Shown here: piece after piece, positions 61,201-64,000 of the stretch
Layout of the letters: each line of letters starts with the position of its first letter
How positions within the stretch are numbered: position 1 is the stretch's first letter
IMG/VR virus record: IMGVR_UViG_3300010885_030180
Location: 1-64,000 of that record
DNA from: a virus
Strand: one strand, 5' to 3'
Length of the DNA: 64,000 nucleotides
Made by a program: the position numbers and the translations under genes
The notes under the pieces: model-generated
What the model was told of the DNA's origin: nothing
The model's input: the letters and a program-made list of their open reading frames with translations, nothing else
Database searches by the model: none

Positions 61201-61793
61201 GGACATTTGCCGGTCCAAGTACTGGCGTTATTGGGTATACTGGTTCAGTTGGTGCAGGTTACACTGGTTCAATTGGTAGCACTGGTACAATAGGTTACAC
61301 AGGTTCTGCAAGCACCGCAAGTGGATATACTGGTTCTGCAAGCACCGCAAGTGGATATGCTGGTAGTGCTGGTGGATTTACTTCAGTTCAGGTGTTTAAT
61401 ACACAAACCGGTACTGCTTATACACTAGTATTAGCTGATTCTGGTTACTTGGTTAATATAAACAATGCTGTGGGTACTACTGTTACTATACCACCGGAAA
61501 GTTCAGTTAACTTTGCCGTTGGCCAGCGTGTTGATATAAGTCAGAACGGACTAGGGCCTGTGGTAATATCAGCAGGTGTGGGTGTTACATTACATACCAC
61601 TGATCTTCCATTATTGAATAATCAATATAGCATGGGTACACTACTTAAGGTGGGCTCAAATGAATGGACATTTGCTGGACCCAGTGCAAGTGTTGTAGGT
61701 TATACTGGCAGTGCAGGCGCTAACGGTGTTATCGGAACTAATGGTACTAACTATGTAGATACATTAAATACATTTTTATTAATGGGTGCATAA
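52212..61793 (+). CDS. giant (3193 aa) modular tail-fibre-like protein
   Basis: Many ST.TGAL.V.GGVGIG modules, ITAGTDTAISTSTG.ITIWNTSTLQTVT.RG repeats, long GYTGS tracts, 4x NTQ.GT.YTL.L.DAG domains. Confidence 0.85.
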   Translation: MSKSRLFSGKIKKKTGTALDGSRYEYLDVSQAEPDLGIPLSNNAVLIANTSGQRFWSNTLTDITLAGTVISSGTVTGDLLPSITNTFNLGRADLRFKTLFVSSATLDIGGVTISSTGADSLNISKLIVSTSTNSTSTVSGALQVVGGVGIGLDLVVGGSITSNSLTIGTVSNNQGTLNIQSTVDSTSTNSGALQVVGGVGIGGNLYVGGDIVAQKLTIQLTTVTTTFIVTDDVISTYNTTQSTSTDSGALIIAGGAGFGRDVYVGGLIYSSGSQVLTYNSTQTLLVASALYATTSGYALAFDTGTVVTTAINAINATTASFATTSGYALAFDTGTVVTTAINATTASFATTSGYALAFDTGTVVTTAVNATTATSLGPDIIRISNTTNSTSTDSGALQIEGGVGIGKNLNVGNLLTFNPVIWNYVATTFTSIPVTYGQTSLTFTVQPDNTITNMSVAAGAGGYGPTSVNLTIPGTTFPGGTSPANDIVFNVETFVSAGPVYSTAVNSAVSYVSGTLPQRYDNIYSTGNVGIGAGTQHWVFGTDGKLTAPGKIEVQSNVNSNSIATGAFTVVGGAGIGLDLYVGNNLYVANTAYLNNAEILTTSSGFSSESGISIINQRLVVNTSTNSTSTTTGAIVTPGGVGIGQDMWVGGKIYAGDFIYSNGQQVITTSTINTFANQTVITAGTDTAISTSTGNVTIWNTSTFQTVTDRGHTTTNAISITSTASSTSSTTGALTITGGVGVGENLYVNGLIYSSSSQVLTYNSTQTLLVASALYATTSGYALAFNTNTVVTTAVNATTASYALAFDTGTVVTTAVNATTASSLGTGVIYIVNSSTSTSTNTGALVVTGGAGVGGDLWAGGSIYAAAFLYSNGQQVITTSTINTFANQTVITAGTDTAISTSTGNITIWNTSTLQTVTDRGATTTNAISITNATASDSTITGALIVAGGVGIGGDIYVGGALYQNGQQVITTSTINDYANQTVITAGTDTAISTSTGNITIWNTSTLQTVTGRGHTTTNQIRIDNTLTSTSSFASNALYVAGGIGGNSGFNINGDGYLHGDLIVFGTITGTNVTLTTLVANSGTFYGDTSGSGALYAGIIGATPFSQTMAQFTGDLNDYMEINVQNINAGAIASTDIVASADNVTETGAFIDMGITSSGWDGSATLSFGNALGPNDGYLLVGNSNLPTSGHLVIGTMALDTSVKIIVAGTNSNYITAIFNTATTESISTTTGALVVRGGLGVGGSIYAASTSYINNSKILVAGDLETVTHTATYITNNPGSVAVAGTSTIYGTYDFGAVSDVWTFNDYNTGTNFGYYSIHDAATQPAFIVYIGFSGITDFNRIVLNINYTQNSGHTQEIDLYNYVQNQWDTFTTYSGSTGWFEFILGTVDPAPYISSGTVTARIYHVSFGNTAHRTWIDYVALEKSIQGGQGPRGATGATGATGAQGLTTSTTSTFIFSNTLASTSTVASNAVYIEGGLGIGKSLLVTGEAIFQNNVTFAGTTTFVLSTNTVYTDNIIELHYPNTPGNVWAVNDGKDIGLRFHYYDGADKNAGLVLANDTKYLEWYSSGTEDGTSTFAGSAYGTFKTGSIVLTNTTVSISTSTGALQVAGGVGIGGSLYIGGALYQNGQQVITTATINNFANQTTITAGTDTAISTSTGNITIWNTSTLQTVTDRGNTTTNAISITNATASGSTITGALTVAGGIGVGGDLYIGGALYQSGQQVITTATINQYANQTSIIAGTDTAVSTSTGNIIIWNTSTLQTVTSRGATTTNAISITNATASGSTITGALTVTGGVGIGGNLYVGGALYQSGQAILSTATINQFANQTSIIAGTDTAVSTSTGAITIWNTSTLQTVTGRGATTNNAISITNTTSSISTTTGALIVTGGVGIGGSLNVGDASVVNVNSTSTALRITQLGAGNALVVEDEANPDASPFVIASNGTVIIGHTARVTQVNVLEVHSSAAINSSPAMGVYSWGTLATGGGLNLYKSRSGTVGTYSTATNGSQSSIRFQFDDGAAFQQAASIIGSVEGTPALNSTPGRLTFGTTPDASTTPVERMRIDSVGQTKFSTVITATSTTTGALVVTGGVGIGGNLYVGGAFTATSISIGGINVGYGYTGSLGYTGSIGYTGSIGYTGSASTATGYTGSIGYTGSIGYTGSASTVSGYTGSIGIGYTGSASTATGYTGSIGYTGSKGTDGTSVTIKGSTSTSAALPGYPTSYIGTAGDGYITTDTGHLWVWSGSAWNDVGNITGPSGGLGYTGSRGYTGSASTASGYTGSIGVGYTGSASTVTGYTGSIGYTGSIGYTGSASTASGYTGSQGTGGGAGYTGSASTVTGYTGSVGYTGSIGSTGTTGYTGSIGNTGTIGYTGSIGTIGYTGSIGNTGTIGYTGSIGYTGSLGYTGSASTASGYTGSTGTIGYTGSLGYTGSAGVSGTFSAVQVFNTQSGTTYTLVLADAGDLVKLTNVSGVTVTIPLESSVNFAIGQRVDIEQASAGNVAIVGASGVTLNSTDYPVLSTQYSVGTLIKTGSNEWLFVTPQGGLGYTGSTGVGYTGSLGYTGSASTASGYTGSASTASGYTGSLGYVGSVGNFSSVQTSNTQTGTTYTLALTDAGQLIKLTNASNVTVTIPLESSVNFAIGHRLDIEQASTGIVAVVGASGVTLNSTDYPVLSTQYSVGTLIKTGSNEWLFVTPQGGTGYTGSTGAGYTGSASTGSSFTGGVITGITTVTNTTNASSTNSGALQVVGGVGIGGSLFVGGVITATNFFAGTLRIDAGSTMTNLVVTGTATSTSTTTGAVIISGGLGVGLGIVAGGTVTATNFILNGYQVSTATGSATFTGGSVANTTTFVSTVTITSTAISTSTTTGALQVVGGVGIGGNINFGGSLYQNGVLFTGGGGVGSFNSVQTFNTQTGTSYTLVLTDAGTLVNMNNAVGATVTVPPESSVNFSIGQRVDIAQNGAGPVVISAGVGVTLHTTDLPLLNNQYSIGTLIKVGSNEWTFAGPSTGVIGYTGSVGAGYTGSIGSTGTIGYTGSASTASGYTGSASTASGYAGSAGGFTSVQVFNTQTGTAYTLVLADSGYLVNINNAVGTTVTIPPESSVNFAVGQRVDISQNGLGPVVISAGVGVTLHTTDLPLLNNQYSMGTLLKVGSNEWTFAGPSASVVGYTGSAGANGVIGTNGTNYVDTLNTFLLMGA
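53085..53330 (+). repeat. near-perfect coding tandem repeat (3 copies, period 90/81 nt)
   Basis: gcaaccacaagtggatatgcattggcatttgatactggtacagttgtaactactgc at 53085, 53175 and 53256. Confidence 0.85.
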
Positions 61794-62987
61794 GTGGGAG
61801 TTTTATCAACATCATACAGGGTTTTAGGCAGAGTTGCACTGTCAACTGCTACAACGACTGCTACTTTATATACAGTACCTGCTAATGCAAGTGCGGTAGT
61901 ATCAACATTATCAATATGTAATCAAACAGCCAGTGTAGGAACATATAGTATTGCAGTTAGTCCAGGTGGCGCCACAATAGTTCCTAAACATTATATTGCA
62001 TATAATGCTAGTATTGCTGCACAGGAAACTATTGCATTAACTATAGGCATAACATTGGCTACTACTGATGTAGTATATGTCTCTGCTAGTAATACTTTGA
62101 CAAGTTTCAACCTATTTGGTTCTGAAATAACTACAACTGTAACCGTTCCAAGCACTATTGAATATCTAATAGTAGCCGCAGGTGGTGGCGGAGGCGGTAA
62201 TGGCTCAGGAGGTGGCGGTGCAGGCGGCGTACTATATAATGGTGCTACTGCAATAACATCAAGTACTGTATACACTATCACTGTTGGTTCAGGCGGGACT
62301 ACTAATGGAGATGGAACCCCGGGTAGTACCGGTACTATTAGTTCAATAGTCGGCGGCGCATTAAATATTTTTGCACGTGGTGGTGGTGGTGGCTTTAGCC
62401 GTTCCGGTGGCACTAGTCCTGGATTTGTTTTTGGGGGATCAGGTGGTGGTGGTAGTGATGCAGGTGGTACTACTGAAACTATACCTGGAGCAGGTATTGT
62501 TGGTCAAGGTAATAATGGCGGATATGGGTCACTTAATGGTGGTGGCGGCGGTGGCGGTGGCGCCGGTACAACTGGATTTTCATCCAATGGTGCTGGACAA
62601 CCAGGTGCCGGCGGCAATGGAGCATCAATATACTCAGACCTATTAGCATCAGCAAGTGCCGGTGTTCTTACCACAGGTACATATTATATTGCAGGTGGTG
62701 GCGCTGGCGCACGATGTGGTGGACTTGGAAGTCAACAGGCTGTAGGTGGATTGGGGGGTGGCGGCAACTCAAACGCTTCACCAAATGGAACTACTAATAC
62801 CGGCGGTGGCGGAGGTGGTGGTGGCTATTATGCTGCTGGTGGGCAAGGAGGTTCGGGTATTGTAATTATTCGATATCCTGATATAGGTAATACAGCAGCA
62901 ACTATTACTACAGGTAGTCCTACATATGCGGTATCAGGCGGATATAAGGTATACAAATTTACCGGTTCTGGATCAATCACTTTCTAA
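61794..62987 (+). CDS. glycine-rich virion protein
   Basis: N-terminal LYTVPA...VVST..ICNQ domain, then EYLIVAAGGGGG...GGGGAGG...GGSGIVIIRYP...Y.FT.SG.ITF. Confidence 0.8.
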   Translation: MGVLSTSYRVLGRVALSTATTTATLYTVPANASAVVSTLSICNQTASVGTYSIAVSPGGATIVPKHYIAYNASIAAQETIALTIGITLATTDVVYVSASNTLTSFNLFGSEITTTVTVPSTIEYLIVAAGGGGGGNGSGGGGAGGVLYNGATAITSSTVYTITVGSGGTTNGDGTPGSTGTISSIVGGALNIFARGGGGGFSRSGGTSPGFVFGGSGGGGSDAGGTTETIPGAGIVGQGNNGGYGSLNGGGGGGGGAGTTGFSSNGAGQPGAGGNGASIYSDLLASASAGVLTTGTYYIAGGGAGARCGGLGSQQAVGGLGGGGNSNASPNGTTNTGGGGGGGGYYAAGGQGGSGIVIIRYPDIGNTAATITTGSPTYAVSGGYKVYKFTGSGSITF

Positions 62988-62996
62988 TTTTAAAAT

Positions 62997-64000
62997 ATGT
63001 CATACTATTACTACAAAGTGTTAGGTCAAGCAAACCCTGCTGCCTCCACATTAACCACATTATACACAGTACCTGCTAGTACGAATGCAATAATATCCAC
63101 TATAACTGTATGTAATCAAGCCGCAAGTACAGCAACTTATAGTATTGCCGTGCGCCCATTTGGTGCAACTATTGATCCTAAACATTACATTAATTATAAT
63201 GCTGCTATTCCTGCATCAGACACTATTGGTGTAACAATGGGACTAACTTTAGCGCAAACTGATGTAATATCAGTGAGTTCTAGTAATAGTTCTACTAGTT
63301 TTAATGTATTTGGCACACATATTACTGAAACAGTTCCTGTGGCTGATCAGACTACTGCAACTTCAGTTCAATATTTGGTAGTCGGCGGTGGCGGTGGCGG
63401 CGGTTTTTTATTAGGTGGAGGTGGTGGTGCCGGTGGAGTTGTAGTATCATCAGCCTATACTGTTACCCCTGGATCAGTAATCACTGTAACTGTAGGTGCA
63501 GGTGGTACCGCCGGAACTGGTGGAGCGGGAGGCACTGGCGTTAATTCATCAATCGTTGGACCTACTGAATATTCGCTATCATTAAATGGTACTAGTCAAT
63601 ATCTAACCGTTCCTAGTAATGCCGCATTAGCATTCGGAACTGGAGACTTTACAGTAGAATGCTGGCTTTATGTAAATGTAGCACCTTCTGGTTCGCCAGA
63701 AATTTTTACTGCGGGAGATTTTCATCTTAACTTTAGAACCGGGTCAACTATTGCAATAACTAACAATTCTACAGTATTATCAAATACGGCTGCAATATCA
63801 ACTGGTGCATGGACTCATATTGCAGCCGTTCGTAGTTCTGGTAATATGACAATATATATAAATGGTGTTGCTAATACCGTTGCAACTAATGCATACAGTT
63901 TTGTACAAGGTACTGGTCAAATTGGATCAGGAAATGGGGCATCGGGCCCTTTCATGAATGTATATATGTCCAACCTACGAGTATTGAAAGGAACAGCACT
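62997..64000 (+). CDS. glycine-rich/LamG virion protein, paralog of upstream gene (partial, runs off window)
   Basis: MSYYYYKVLGQANPAA..LT.LYTVPA...CNQ, QYLVVGGGGGGG, then LamG-like FGTGDFTVECW...WTHIAAVR...YMSNLRV. Confidence 0.8.
   Translation, partial: MSYYYYKVLGQANPAASTLTTLYTVPASTNAIISTITVCNQAASTATYSIAVRPFGATIDPKHYINYNAAIPASDTIGVTMGLTLAQTDVISVSSSNSSTSFNVFGTHITETVPVADQTTATSVQYLVVGGGGGGGFLLGGGGGAGGVVVSSAYTVTPGSVITVTVGAGGTAGTGGAGGTGVNSSIVGPTEYSLSLNGTSQYLTVPSNAALAFGTGDFTVECWLYVNVAPSGSPEIFTAGDFHLNFRTGSTIAITNNSTVLSNTAAISTGAWTHIAAVRSSGNMTIYINGVANTVATNAYSFVQGTGQIGSGNGASGPFMNVYMSNLRVLKGTA

Noticed and set aside
59715-61630. Near-identical repeat pairs as possible DGR template/variable regions
   Set aside because: Both copies are coding within one ORF, the differences are few and not adenine-specific, and no reverse transcriptase is in the window.
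43952-62413. Numerous 60-140 aa antisense ORFs in the track
   Set aside because: They are shadows of Thr/Gly/Val-rich sense genes, have no RBS or motifs, and are fully nested.
1-64000. Stop-codon reassignment, as seen in some large phages
   Set aside because: Code 11 gives near-complete coding density. TAG (32366, 48695) and TGA both end genes at natural protein ends.

Overview
An AT-rich, densely coding 64-kb segment of a large lytic dsDNA tailed phage (T4-like or 'jumbo' type). It uses the standard genetic code and has T4-style TATAAATA/TAAATA late promoters. The ErpA and IF-1 genes suggest a proteobacterial host, but this is inference. No capsid, terminase or polymerase gene, tRNA or CRISPR array is visible. 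There are three zones. (1) 1-8.4 kb: virion-type genes mixed with a diiron enzyme, a 2OG-Fe(II) oxygenase, two GT9-like glycosyltransferases (one frameshifted in a G-run) and a truncated GIY-YIG endonuclease with a structured leader. (2) 8.5-32.4 kb: a very dense tailoring-enzyme island. It holds 8 radical SAM enzymes (one B12-type) plus 2 stand-alone SPASM/twitch proteins, 2 methyltransferases, a carbamoyltransferase, DegT-type and other PLP enzymes, a nitroreductase, 5 more 2OG-Fe(II) oxygenases, a sulfotransferase-like protein, an APS-kinase/nucleotidyltransferase fusion, a GNAT, a kinase-like protein, a desaturase and an ErpA/IscA Fe-S carrier. DNA ligase, IF-1 and an HNH nuclease follow. 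(3) 36-64 kb: giant modular fibre/virion proteins with Pro-free collagen-like (GYT-GSx)n tracts, about 21 Ig repeats, LamG domains, and a protein with four repeats resembling the bilin-binding Cys motif of phycobiliproteins. The leading hypothesis is a phage-encoded, late-expressed pathway that builds and tailors a glycan or post-translational coat on its own Ser/Thr/Tyr-rich fibres. All functional calls come from motif reading only; no database searches were run.
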